From: an uncultured Pelagibacteraceae bacterium
GTDB taxonomy: Bacteria > Pseudomonadota > Alphaproteobacteria > Pelagibacterales > Pelagibacteraceae
DNA length: 64,000 bases
NCBI GenBank assembly: GCA_902532595.1
Contig: CACAIN010000001.1
Span: forward strand, 46,943 to 110,942
Reading direction: 5' to 3'
Part shown: one piece after another, positions 47,469-57,132 of the stretch
Layout: every line of letters begins with the position of its first letter
Numbering within the stretch: position 1 is the first letter of the stretch
Translations under genes and position numbers: made by a program
Notes under the pieces: model-generated
What the model saw: only the letters and a program-made list of their open reading frames with translations
Databases searched by the model: none
Told to the model about the DNA's origin: nothing

Positions 47469-49182
47469 ACAAGAATTAAAAAAAGTAAGTCCCTCACTTA
47501 AAGAATTCCAAAATTTATTGGAAGAAGACTTCAAAGACAGAAAATTAAAAGAAAACGAAATCATCAAAGCTACTGTTACGGAAATAACAAAAAATTTTAT
47601 AGTAGTGGATTGTAAAGCCAAAATGGAAGGCATGATACCTATTGAAGAATTTAAAAACGATAATGAATTATCAAAATTAAAAGTTGGCTCAACCATTGAT
47701 GTTTATTTGGAACGTATTGAAAGCTACAAAGGAGAAATAATCATCTCAAGAGATAAAGCTAGAAAAATGAAAGCTTGGAAAAAAATGGAAAAAGTTTTTG
47801 ATACGCAGGAAGAATTGACTGGCTATATTACTGGCAAAGTTAAAGGAGGATTTATAGCAACAGTTGAAGGTTTACCGTGTTTTATGCCATCTTCACAGAT
47901 AGATGTTAGACCTCTTAAAAATATAGATCACTTACTAAACGTGCCTGTTAAAGTAATTGCCACAAGAATTGATAAAAATCGTGGTAATGTTTGTGTTTCT
48001 AGAAGAGCGGTTCTTGAAAAAAGTAAAAATGCAGAAATCATTGAAGCTCTTAAAAAAATTAAAGAAGGCGATATAGTAGACGCAATTGTTAAAACTACTG
48101 TTGAATGGGGAATCTTTTTAGACATTAATGGTATTGATGCACTCTTGCATGTAAGTGATTTGAGTCACGGAAGAGTTAAAAAACCATCAGATTTAGTAAC
48201 AATTGGACAAAAATTAAAAGTAAAAATCACTAAAATAGATCCTAAAACTAATCGGGTATCAGCCTCAGTAAAAGCTTTAACGGAAGACCCGTACTCAAAT
48301 ATAGAGGATAAATATAAGGTTGGGGGAACATATCAAGGCACAGTAACAAAGATAATGGATTATGGTTGCTTTGTGCGAATAGAAGATGGAATAGAAGGTT
48401 TAATTCATAATTCTGAATTAGACTGGACTAATAGAAATGTAAAACCAAGTAAAATCCTATCTGTTTCTCAAAGTATAAAATTTAAGATTGTTAATATTGA
48501 CAAAGACTCGAAAAGAATTTCACTGTCTTACAAAGCTCTTTTGGAAAATCCTTGGGATAAACTCAAAGAAAAAATTGGAAAAGAAGTTAAAATTAAGATT
48601 AATAATATTTCTGAAAAAGCAATATTTGGACAATTGACAGAGTCTGGTTTAAACGGAATGCTACATTACAAAGAAATTTCATATAATGAAAATATTGAAG
48701 ATCTCAAAAAATTTAAGAAAAACGATGTAATTAATGTTAAAATTATTGAGATTAAAGATGACAAAATTAGATTTTCTAAAAGAGCTTTAGAAAAAGATCC
48801 GTTTGACTGGTTTGCAGAAAACAAGAAAAAAGTTGGTGATATAATCACAACAAGAATTCACGAAGTTTTAAAAACAGGCGTTAAAGTTGCTATAGATAAA
48901 GAAAAAAAACTAATTGTGAATATTAAAAAAAATGACCTCGCTAAAGACTCTGTTGATGCAAGACCTGAGGTTTTTTCACCAGGAAATGTTTTGGATGCTA
49001 AAATTACAGATTTAGATACAAATACCAGAAAAATCAAACTAAGTGTTAAAGCTGCTCAAATAGATGAAGAAAAATCCCTAATTGCTAAATTTGGTGAAGG
49101 AGCTACAAAATCAGGAGCAACATTGAAAGGGATATTTGAAAAAGCTATTGGTAGCAAAAAAAAGAAGAAAAAAGAAAAATAA
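47458..49182 (+). CDS. rpsA: 30S ribosomal protein S1
   Basis: Repeated S1 domains (FMPSSQ, LLHVSDL, GLIHNSEL). Confidence 0.97.
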   Translation: MAIEQELKKVSPSLKEFQNLLEEDFKDRKLKENEIIKATVTEITKNFIVVDCKAKMEGMIPIEEFKNDNELSKLKVGSTIDVYLERIESYKGEIIISRDKARKMKAWKKMEKVFDTQEELTGYITGKVKGGFIATVEGLPCFMPSSQIDVRPLKNIDHLLNVPVKVIATRIDKNRGNVCVSRRAVLEKSKNAEIIEALKKIKEGDIVDAIVKTTVEWGIFLDINGIDALLHVSDLSHGRVKKPSDLVTIGQKLKVKITKIDPKTNRVSASVKALTEDPYSNIEDKYKVGGTYQGTVTKIMDYGCFVRIEDGIEGLIHNSELDWTNRNVKPSKILSVSQSIKFKIVNIDKDSKRISLSYKALLENPWDKLKEKIGKEVKIKINNISEKAIFGQLTESGLNGMLHYKEISYNENIEDLKKFKKNDVINVKIIEIKDDKIRFSKRALEKDPFDWFAENKKKVGDIITTRIHEVLKTGVKVAIDKEKKLIVNIKKNDLAKDSVDARPEVFSPGNVLDAKITDLDTNTRKIKLSVKAAQIDEEKSLIAKFGEGATKSGATLKGIFEKAIGSKKKKKKEK

Positions 49183-49464
49183 TTGTCAAGGCCCGATCTC
49201 ATTAAACTGTTAAAAGAAAAACATCCTAAACTTAATAAGAATCAGTTAGAAATAATTGTTGATAATTTTTTTAAATCAATTGAAAATGCTCTTGTTAAAA
49301 AAAAATCTATAGAGCTAAGATCTTTTGGGACTTTTTTTATTAAAGAAATTAAAGAAAAATATTCAGCAAGAAACCCAAAAACTGGCGAAGTGATTTATGT
49401 GCCTAAAAAAAACAAAGTAAGATTTAGAGCTAGTAAAAAATTTAAACAGTTTTTAAATAAATGA
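49183..49464 (+). CDS. ihfB: Integration host factor beta / HU family
   Basis: IELRSFGTF, ARNPKTGE, FRASK; follows rpsA. Confidence 0.85.
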   Translation: MSRPDLIKLLKEKHPKLNKNQLEIIVDNFFKSIENALVKKKSIELRSFGTFFIKEIKEKYSARNPKTGEVIYVPKKNKVRFRASKKFKQFLNK

Positions 49465-50120
49465 AAAAACCAAAAATATTTATAGCTTGTGACACTACGA
49501 ATTTAACTAAAGTTAAAAAAATAATAGCTCAATCACAAACAAATAAGATAAAAATTGGTTATAAATTTGGATTAGAATTTATGAACTCAAAAAAAGGGAG
49601 GCAGTTTATATCTAAATTAAAAAATAAGATTATTTTCATTGATTTAAAATTAAATGACACAGTACACACGATGTTATCGGCTGTGAAGGCATTAAAAGAT
49701 TTAAGAATAAATTACCTTACAGTTCACGTATCATCAGGCTTAGCAGCTCTTAAAGCAGTTAAAAAAGTTTCAGGATCAATTAAGATTGTAGGAGTAACAA
49801 CTCTAACATCGTTAAATGATAAAGATTTGAGAAAGATAGGATACAATAGATCAGTTAAAAATTTAGTTGCTCATCAAACAAAACTTGCCAAACAAGCCTC
49901 ATTAGATGCTGTAGTTTGTAGTCCTTTTGAAGTGAATATTGTGAGGAAGATTTTCAAAAAAGAAATTATTACTCCTGGTGTACAAATAGGTAAAAAAAAT
50001 TATGACCAAAAACGATCTATGGAGGCTAAAAAAGTCAAATCTGATTGGCTCGTTATCGGGCGATCTATTACCCAAGGAAATATTAAAAAAAATATTCAAA
50101 AGCTAATAAAATCATTATAA
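49461..50120 (+). CDS. pyrF: Orotidine 5'-phosphate decarboxylase
   Basis: IA.D, K.G, DLKL.D, TVH, GVT.LTS, TPG, DQKR, VIGRSIT. Confidence 0.92.
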   Translation: MKKPKIFIACDTTNLTKVKKIIAQSQTNKIKIGYKFGLEFMNSKKGRQFISKLKNKIIFIDLKLNDTVHTMLSAVKALKDLRINYLTVHVSSGLAALKAVKKVSGSIKIVGVTTLTSLNDKDLRKIGYNRSVKNLVAHQTKLAKQASLDAVVCSPFEVNIVRKIFKKEIITPGVQIGKKNYDQKRSMEAKKVKSDWLVIGRSITQGNIKKNIQKLIKSL

Positions 50121-50131
50121 AAGAATTAATA

Positions 50132-51359
50132 ATGAAAATTAAAAAAGGCATACCGTTAATCGATCAGCATGACAAAAACTATATGTATGGTGGTAAGTTT
50201 GGTGGCAATTTTATTCCTGAAACATTAAAAAAACCTATTGATGATTTAACTGAGTTATTTTCAAAACTAAGAAAAGATAAAAAATTCTTAAAAGAAAGAG
50301 ATTTTTATTTTAAAAACTATGTCGGAGCTCCCACTCCTTTTATAAAGCTTGAAAATTTAACAGAACATTTGGGTGGAGCACAAATCTATGCAAAGGTGGT
50401 ATCAGAAGCAAATGGTGGCGCCCATAAAATTTATAATGCAACAGTGCATTGTCTAATAGCTCGGAGAGCAGGACTCCGGGAGATTGTGGGGGATACCAGG
50501 CGCCGGTTACGCAGGTAAAATGCTCTCAATGGCTGCAAAAAAATTTGGTCTTAAATGCAAAATTTTTATGGGAGCCAAAGATATTAAAAGACAAAGACCT
50601 AATGTCGAAGCAATAAGAAAAAACGGTGCAACGATTGTTCCTGTAACTACAGGAAGTCAAACTTTAGTCGATGCTGTAAGTGAGTGTATGAGATACTGGG
50701 TTTCAAACTGTAATGTCTCAGCAATGTGCGTGGGCAGCACAGTAGGCCCTAATATTTTTATAAAAATTTGTGCATGGAGTACGGCACAAATCTCCCGTGA
50801 GTTGATAGTTCAGCTTAAAGAAGAATTTGGAAAAATTCCAAGGAAGATGAAACTATTAAATTGTGTAGGTGGTGGAAGTTCGGCTATGGGATTTTGGAAT
50901 GAATTTATGGATACTGATGCAGAGTTTATAGGTATTGAAGCTGGAGGACCGAAAAATAGCAAATTGCATGCAGCTCCACTAACTAATGGATCCAAAATTG
51001 GAATTCTACATGGTGCTGCACAGTACGTAATACAAAATAAAGAAGGACAAATTGGTTCAACTGAGTCAATTTCTGCTGGATTAGATTACCCAGGAATCTC
51101 TCCTTTACATTGTTTTTTAAAAGATTCAAAACGTGCAAGATATACTTCAGCAACGGATGAAGAAGCTTTGAATGCTCACAAGCTTGTTTCAACACTAGAA
51201 AATATTTCTCCTTCTCTAGAACCTTCACACGCGTTTGCCGAAGCAATACGAATAGCTCCTAGATTAAGTTCTTCTAATGTAATCATAGTTAATAGTTGCG
51301 GTGACTCATTGAAAGATAAAGATATTATTAAAAGTAGATTAGGTGATTATGTGAGATGA
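50132..51359 (+). pseudogene. trpB: Tryptophan synthase beta-like PLP enzyme split by a +1 indel at about 50496-50498 (real frameshift or assembly error)
   Basis: FGG.F.PETL and GAHK in the first frame; GAG, CVGGGS, SISAGLDYPG and LE.SHA in the second; removing one base from GAT-ACC-A-GGC restores DTGAG. Confidence 0.85.
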
Positions 51360-52156
51360 AATCAAAAATTAGCTCGGCTTTTGAAAAATGTAAAAAAGAA
51401 AAAAGACCTGCTCTACTCACTTATACTGTAGCAGGGGATAATACTAAAAAAAATTCACTAAAAATATTAAATTCTATTGCAAAACATGCTGATATTTTAG
51501 AATTAGGTTTTCCTCATAACACTCCAATTGCTGATGGTGGGCAAATTCAAGGAAGTTCTCATAGAGCTTTAAAAAATGGAATTAAGTTAAAAGATATTTT
51601 TCAAATCATCAAAAGTTTTAAAAAAACCAATCCCCTAAAACCTCTAATTTTGATGGGGTATTATAATATTATTTATCAAAGTGGAGAGAATAATTTTTTA
51701 AGAAATTGTAAATCTTCAGGTGTAGATGGTCTTATCATTGTAGATTTACCATGGCCAGAAAATAAACATTTTGCAAAAAAGTGTAAAAATAAATCTATAA
51801 ATTTTATTCAACTCTTATCCCCTACAACATCAAAAGATAGAATGAAAAAAATTATTAAAGAATCACATGATATGATTTATTATATAAGTATGCTGTCTAC
51901 AACAGGTGGAAAATTAAAAGTCTCACCGAGAAAAATTCTTGAAAACTATAAAAAAATAAAAAGGCTTAATAATAATAAAAATTTAGTAATAGGCTTTGGA
52001 ATTACAAATAAAACTATATCTTCTCTAAGATCGGCTGATGGATTAGTAGTAGGTAGCCAGTTATGCAAAACTATTACAGATTCTATAAAAAAAAGACAAA
52101 ATCCTGTCATAAAGTTAAGTAAATTGGTATACAGTTTAAAAAATAAGATTCTATGA
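51356..52156 (+). CDS. trpA: Tryptophan synthase alpha subunit (divergent)
   Basis: AGD, LELG.P...P.ADG..IQ, LMGYYN, DG.II.DLP, GFGI, DG.VVGS. Confidence 0.92.
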   Translation: MKSKISSAFEKCKKEKRPALLTYTVAGDNTKKNSLKILNSIAKHADILELGFPHNTPIADGGQIQGSSHRALKNGIKLKDIFQIIKSFKKTNPLKPLILMGYYNIIYQSGENNFLRNCKSSGVDGLIIVDLPWPENKHFAKKCKNKSINFIQLLSPTTSKDRMKKIIKESHDMIYYISMLSTTGGKLKVSPRKILENYKKIKRLNNNKNLVIGFGITNKTISSLRSADGLVVGSQLCKTITDSIKKRQNPVIKLSKLVYSLKNKIL

Positions 52157-53070
52157 ATTGGATAACAAAATTTATAAAACCAAAAATCAAATCACTATTT
52201 GAAAAAAGATCATCAAAATCAGAGGAAAATCTTTGGACTACTTGTGGCTGTAAAAATTTAATTTATAAAGAAGATCTTCAATCCAATCTTAACTGCTGCC
52301 CTAAATGTGGAGCACATCATAAATTATCTTGTAAAGAAAGATTTGATACTTTTTTTGATAATAAAGAATACAAATTGATAGAAACTCCACTGCCAAAGGA
52401 TGATCCTTTAAAATTTAGAGATAACAAAAAATATACTGATAGATTAAATTCAGCACGTAAAATTACAAAACAAAATGATGCGATTGCAATTGCTAAAGGG
52501 AAAATTCAAAATATTGATGTTATAGTAGGTTCTCAAGATTTTAGATTTATCGGTGGATCTTTTGGAGCTGCTTCCGGAGAAGCATTCATTGCAGGTGTTC
52601 AGCATTCCATAGAAAATAATATCCCATTTATTTTTTTCAGTTGTAGTGGTGGCCAGCGTATGATGGAAAGTTCAATTGCTTTAATGCAAATGTCTAGAAC
52701 TACTTTAGCAGTTAACGAGTTAAAGAAAAAAAATATTCCCTATATTGTTGTTTTAACGAATCCAACTACAGGTGGAGTAACCGCTTCATGGGCTATGTTA
52801 GGAGACATTTTAATTGCAGAGCCTAAAGCAACTATTGGTTTTGCAGGCCGAAGAGTCATTCAAGACACTGTAAGAGAAACTTTGCCAGAAGAATTTCAAA
52901 CCGCGGAATATGTTAAAAATCATGGTGGCATTGATTTAGTAGTAGAGAGAAAATACTTAAGCTCTACAATTGGTACCTTGCTAAATGTATTGTTGAAAAA
53001 AGCAGAGGCTCGGGTTAAAAATGAGTCATCTAATGTCACAGTCGATCAATCTCTACAATCAGCTAGCTAA
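52153..53070 (+). CDS. accD: Acetyl-CoA carboxylase carboxyltransferase beta
   Basis: LW..C.C / CPKC zinc finger, DF.FIGGS, SGGQRM.E, PTTGGVTAS, FAGRRVI. Confidence 0.96.
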   Translation: MNWITKFIKPKIKSLFEKRSSKSEENLWTTCGCKNLIYKEDLQSNLNCCPKCGAHHKLSCKERFDTFFDNKEYKLIETPLPKDDPLKFRDNKKYTDRLNSARKITKQNDAIAIAKGKIQNIDVIVGSQDFRFIGGSFGAASGEAFIAGVQHSIENNIPFIFFSCSGGQRMMESSIALMQMSRTTLAVNELKKKNIPYIVVLTNPTTGGVTASWAMLGDILIAEPKATIGFAGRRVIQDTVRETLPEEFQTAEYVKNHGGIDLVVERKYLSSTIGTLLNVLLKKAEARVKNESSNVTVDQSLQSAS

Positions 53071-54295
53071 AAATAAATTATTTAGCAAATCAATCAATTT
53101 TGATCTTAAAAGAATAAAATTAGTTTTAAAAAAATTAAATCATCCAGAAAAAAAACTGAAAAATGTTATCAATATTATTGGGAGTGATGGTAAATACTCA
53201 CTTTTAACTTCCTTAAGATATTTTATTGAAGCAAATCATCAAAAAACATCAGCTTATATTTCACCTAGTTTAAAAGATATTAGAGAACGTTTCTGGATGG
53301 GAAACAATTTTCTAAGTTATAAAGAAATTAAAAAAACTGTAAAAATTATTCAAAAGCAGAAGATAAACTTGACAATTTTTGAAGCTTTAACAGTTATATT
53401 TATCTTAAATGCAGCCAGAAGAAATAATGATTATAATCTTATCGAAGCTGGTGCATTATTTGCTAAGGACTCAACTAATCTTTTCAATTTCCCAAAATTA
53501 CAAGCTGTGGTGAACATAAATAAACAGCATTTAAATTTTTTAAAGAAAAAAACTTTAAATGAAGTTATTTACCAAAAAGTAGGATTTTTAAGTAATTTTA
53601 CTAATATTTATATTGGAAAACAAAAACCTTTGGTTTTAAAAAGGATTAAACAATTATTAAAAAAAAATGGTAGTTTGATTAAATATCCAAATTCTTGGAA
53701 ACTAATTAAATTAGGTAATAATTTTTTTTATAAAGATAATAAAACCAAAATTAAATTAAATACAAAATATATTCATTCTAAAGGATTGCTAGAAAATCTT
53801 TGTCAGGCAATCAAAATTGCTTTAGATCTAAAAATTCATAAAAAGATAATAGCAAAAACTATTCCTAAAATTAAGTTTGAAGCTAGAATAGATTATATAA
53901 TGAAAGGTAGATTAACTAAAAAAATATATAGAAATGAAAAACTTTTAATAGACGGTTGTCATTCTGAAACAAGTGCTAGAAATTTAGCTAATTATCTTAA
54001 GACTCTAAAGATCCCAATTTATGGTATTTGGGCTATGACAAAAAATAAAGATCCTGATAGATTTATAAAACAGTTTAAAGGAATATTTACAAAAATTGTA
54101 ACTATACCTATAGAAAATGAGTCTGGATCTTTATCTAATAAATTATTATTAAAAATAGCAAAAAAAAATAATTATAATTCTGAAACTTGTAAGAGTTTTG
54201 AAGAAGCATTAAGAAATATTACTTCGAAAGAAAGAAAAATTATATGTGTTTTTGGGTCTCTTTATTTATGTGGAAATATCTTAAATAAGAATTAA
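53033..54295 (+). CDS. folC: FolC-like Mur-ligase family protein with divergent motifs (start 53021 or 53033)
   Basis: Position after accD; L.RI..VL..L.HP, SP.L...RER, T.FE, DSTN, DG.H, GSLYL.G. Confidence 0.8.
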   Translation: MSQSINLYNQLAKNKLFSKSINFDLKRIKLVLKKLNHPEKKLKNVINIIGSDGKYSLLTSLRYFIEANHQKTSAYISPSLKDIRERFWMGNNFLSYKEIKKTVKIIQKQKINLTIFEALTVIFILNAARRNNDYNLIEAGALFAKDSTNLFNFPKLQAVVNINKQHLNFLKKKTLNEVIYQKVGFLSNFTNIYIGKQKPLVLKRIKQLLKKNGSLIKYPNSWKLIKLGNNFFYKDNKTKIKLNTKYIHSKGLLENLCQAIKIALDLKIHKKIIAKTIPKIKFEARIDYIMKGRLTKKIYRNEKLLIDGCHSETSARNLANYLKTLKIPIYGIWAMTKNKDPDRFIKQFKGIFTKIVTIPIENESGSLSNKLLLKIAKKNNYNSETCKSFEEALRNITSKERKIICVFGSLYLCGNILNKN

Positions 54296-54612
54296 ATATT
54301 TTCCTTAATCCAAGAAACAATATTTGATTTTGTAGTTGCTCCTACTTTAGTAGCCTTAAGCTCACCGCCTTTAAATAATAACATAGTGGGTATGCCTTTA
54401 ATTCCATACTTTGTAGGCGTGTTTGGTTCTTGATCAATATTATGTTTTGCAATAACAACTTGATCTTTCATTTCTTCAGATATTTCTTCCAGAGCTGGAC
54501 CAATTTGTTTACAAGGCCCACACCATTCAGCCCAAAAATCTACTACAGTCGGCTTGTTTGACTTGATAACATCGCTATCGAAACTTTCATCAGTGATTGC
54601 TTTTGTAGGCAT
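54292..54612 (-). CDS. trxA: Thioredoxin
   Basis: DFWAEWCGPCK, GIPT. Confidence 0.98.
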   Translation of the reverse strand: MPTKAITDESFDSDVIKSNKPTVVDFWAEWCGPCKQIGPALEEISEEMKDQVVIAKHNIDQEPNTPTKYGIKGIPTMLLFKGGELKATKVGATTKSNIVSWIKENI

Positions 54613-54646
54613 ATATTCTAAATAAGTGTTTTTGATTTAAAGTCAA

Positions 54647-56068
54647 CTACGCAGAAGAATAAATTTTTTCTAATTCTTCAACGTATGCGTTAATTTCATC
54701 GAGAATAACTAATTTTTCTGGCTGTTCTTCTTTTTCAAATTTAACCCTTAGAGTATCTATTTCAGAAAAAGTTCTTGGGATCGTGTTCCATTTTTCATTA
54801 TTGGTGCTTAATAGTTTTTTTGCTATATCCTTATGAATTAAATTGTAGTCTGACTTACTTAACATTTCAGGTTTTTCCATATAAAGAAGTTTTTTTCCAA
54901 AGTATTGAAGTCTTTCATCTTTAAATTTAGTCAGCACAGATAATTTTTTATCCCAATCTACCTTATGAAATTCAGGCATAATCTTATTGTCTTCGGTTGA
55001 AGTAAACTTAGCATAAATACTTTCTTCGTTATGCAAATCTTCTTGTGATTTAGACTGTTCTTTTTCTTCTACTTCCGAACGTTTAATAGATATAATTTTT
55101 TCTGCAAATTCTTTATTTTCTTTTACAAGTTTAGCTCTTGCTTTTAGTTTAGTTATTCCAATCATTTTATATTCATCAAATTTATCTCCATATGATGGGT
55201 TCATTATAATTGGGTGCTTATTATGTCTAACAGTTCTGACAAATTTAGGTTGTTTTTTCATTGCAGCTGTCAATTCTTGGATTGGCATCTTTAGATAAAT
55301 GTTAGGATCATGTCTTAAATCAAAGCATAAGGGCCACTGGTATTGAGGATGTTGACAAATAAAAGTTTGAACATAAGGTCTGCTTTTTCCATAAAAATAT
55401 TCATTAGTACAAAATAATAATTCTTTTTGAATCAAGTTTAACGATTGATTTTTATCCATTGTCAACATGCTAGCTTTCCAAACATTAGGAGCTTTGTTTA
55501 CAATTAGTTTTGCTATACCAACTGTAGCCAGAACATCTCCGATTGCACTGTGCGCATCACCATGTTCAATTCCATTTAAAGGTGCCATCTGATCCAATTT
55601 ATAAACGTCATTGCCCTTCTCGTTCACAGAATTTTTGAGTGTTTTGGGATAATAAAGATTGGCTGCACGTGCAAGACTAAGAATGTCTCCTCTTGTATTA
55701 CCATTAGTGCTAGTAATGTATGGATACTCTAATGTTTGAAAAAGAGTACACCTTAAAAATTCTTCATCAAATTCTATACTATTAAAACCAATATAAGTTG
55801 CTTTACCCCATCTCTTTAATGTTTCAACAAATTGTCTAATCATTTCATAATGAGAAAGATTAGATTTCTTTAACATATTAGGTGAAGTTTTATTTACTAT
55901 TAAAGCCATAGCCTCAGGTATTATTCCGGGACTAAGTCTGCATCTTGAGTCAAATCGATCTAATTCTTCTAAATTATCATTAGTTAAAACTGCGCCGATT
56001 TGAATTATTTGACCCCAATATTTATTAGAGGAACTGGTCTCAAAATCGTAAAAGACAAAGTTAGACAT
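54647..56068 (-). CDS. sbcB: Exodeoxyribonuclease I
   Basis: FYDFET, GFNSIEFD.EF.R, L..L...NGI.H..AH.A..DV DEDDh motifs. Confidence 0.85.
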   Translation of the reverse strand: MSNFVFYDFETSSSNKYWGQIIQIGAVLTNDNLEELDRFDSRCRLSPGIIPEAMALIVNKTSPNMLKKSNLSHYEMIRQFVETLKRWGKATYIGFNSIEFDEEFLRCTLFQTLEYPYITSTNGNTRGDILSLARAANLYYPKTLKNSVNEKGNDVYKLDQMAPLNGIEHGDAHSAIGDVLATVGIAKLIVNKAPNVWKASMLTMDKNQSLNLIQKELLFCTNEYFYGKSRPYVQTFICQHPQYQWPLCFDLRHDPNIYLKMPIQELTAAMKKQPKFVRTVRHNKHPIIMNPSYGDKFDEYKMIGITKLKARAKLVKENKEFAEKIISIKRSEVEEKEQSKSQEDLHNEESIYAKFTSTEDNKIMPEFHKVDWDKKLSVLTKFKDERLQYFGKKLLYMEKPEMLSKSDYNLIHKDIAKKLLSTNNEKWNTIPRTFSEIDTLRVKFEKEEQPEKLVILDEINAYVEELEKIYSSA

Positions 56069-56077
56069 AATTTATGT

Positions 56078-57106
56078 TTACTTAAGAACTTTTATCTTTT
56101 CTGGATTTTCTTTCAAGGAGTCCGTTACTTGCTCTGGATCTTTGATGTTTCCAAGTGTATTCATTATTGATCTTGCGTCTCTACCAAAGCCGTCCGTTGC
56201 GGTCATAGCTTGCTCTAATTTTTTTCTCAAATCTTTAATTCCATCAAAATGTTTTTCAAATCTTGAACTAATATTTCTCAAATCGCTATAAATTTGCGTA
56301 GCGTGTTGCTGAACTTTTAATGTTTGAAATCCTAAATGGTAAGATTGTAACAAAGCAGATAAGGTATTAGGGCCCGACACTGTTACTTTATATTTTGTTC
56401 TAAGTTCTTGTAATAATAATTCTTTTGTTTTTGGATCTCTATAGCTTGAAAGTTCTGAGAATAATCCCTCAGTGGGAACGTAAACAATCGCAAAATCTGT
56501 ACTTTTAGGTGGAGCTATATATTTTGCATTCACTGTTTTAGCTTTTAGTCTAAATGCAGCAGCTAAATCTTTTCTCGCTTCAGCTTGTGCCTCTTTATTA
56601 TTAGCATTGTAGGCATCATCAATTGCTTTATATTTCTCAACTGGCCAATGACTATCAATAGGTAATAAAACATCTTGAAGCTTGATAGCAAATTCGACTG
56701 TCTCAGATGTATCGTCTTTCATTTTTGCATTAGCTATAAATTGTGATGCAGGGAGTAAATCTTTTAGGAGAGCGCCTAATCCAAATTCTGCAAGTGTTCC
56801 ATATGTTTTAACGCCACTTAAAATTCTACTAAAATTATCTTGGCTTTTATTTAATTCACTAACTTGCTGATTAAACACAGAGACTTTTTCATCAACTTTA
56901 GTAAGTGCGCCTGTCATATCTTTTGCGATCTCTTTACTCATAGAACCAAAAGATTGGCTGAAAGAATTTTTTAAAGAATTCACTTCATCTTTAAATACTT
57001 GTTCGTTATTAATTTGTTCAGGTTGTTTACGTTTTAATAATATTATTAAACCAACTAAATTGGCTGCTAATAGTAATAATATTACTAAACTTACTATCGA
57101 ATCCAT
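56078..57106 (-). CDS. rmuC: DNA recombination protein RmuC family
   Basis: N-terminal TM and coiled coil, G.L.E..L..LL, PIDS..P, KYI.PP.STDFA..YVPTEGL, P.TL. Confidence 0.88.
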   Translation of the reverse strand: MDSIVSLVILLLLAANLVGLIILLKRKQPEQINNEQVFKDEVNSLKNSFSQSFGSMSKEIAKDMTGALTKVDEKVSVFNQQVSELNKSQDNFSRILSGVKTYGTLAEFGLGALLKDLLPASQFIANAKMKDDTSETVEFAIKLQDVLLPIDSHWPVEKYKAIDDAYNANNKEAQAEARKDLAAAFRLKAKTVNAKYIAPPKSTDFAIVYVPTEGLFSELSSYRDPKTKELLLQELRTKYKVTVSGPNTLSALLQSYHLGFQTLKVQQHATQIYSDLRNISSRFEKHFDGIKDLRKKLEQAMTATDGFGRDARSIMNTLGNIKDPEQVTDSLKENPEKIKVLK

Positions 57107-57132
57107 AAAGCATTATATAACATTTAATTATT

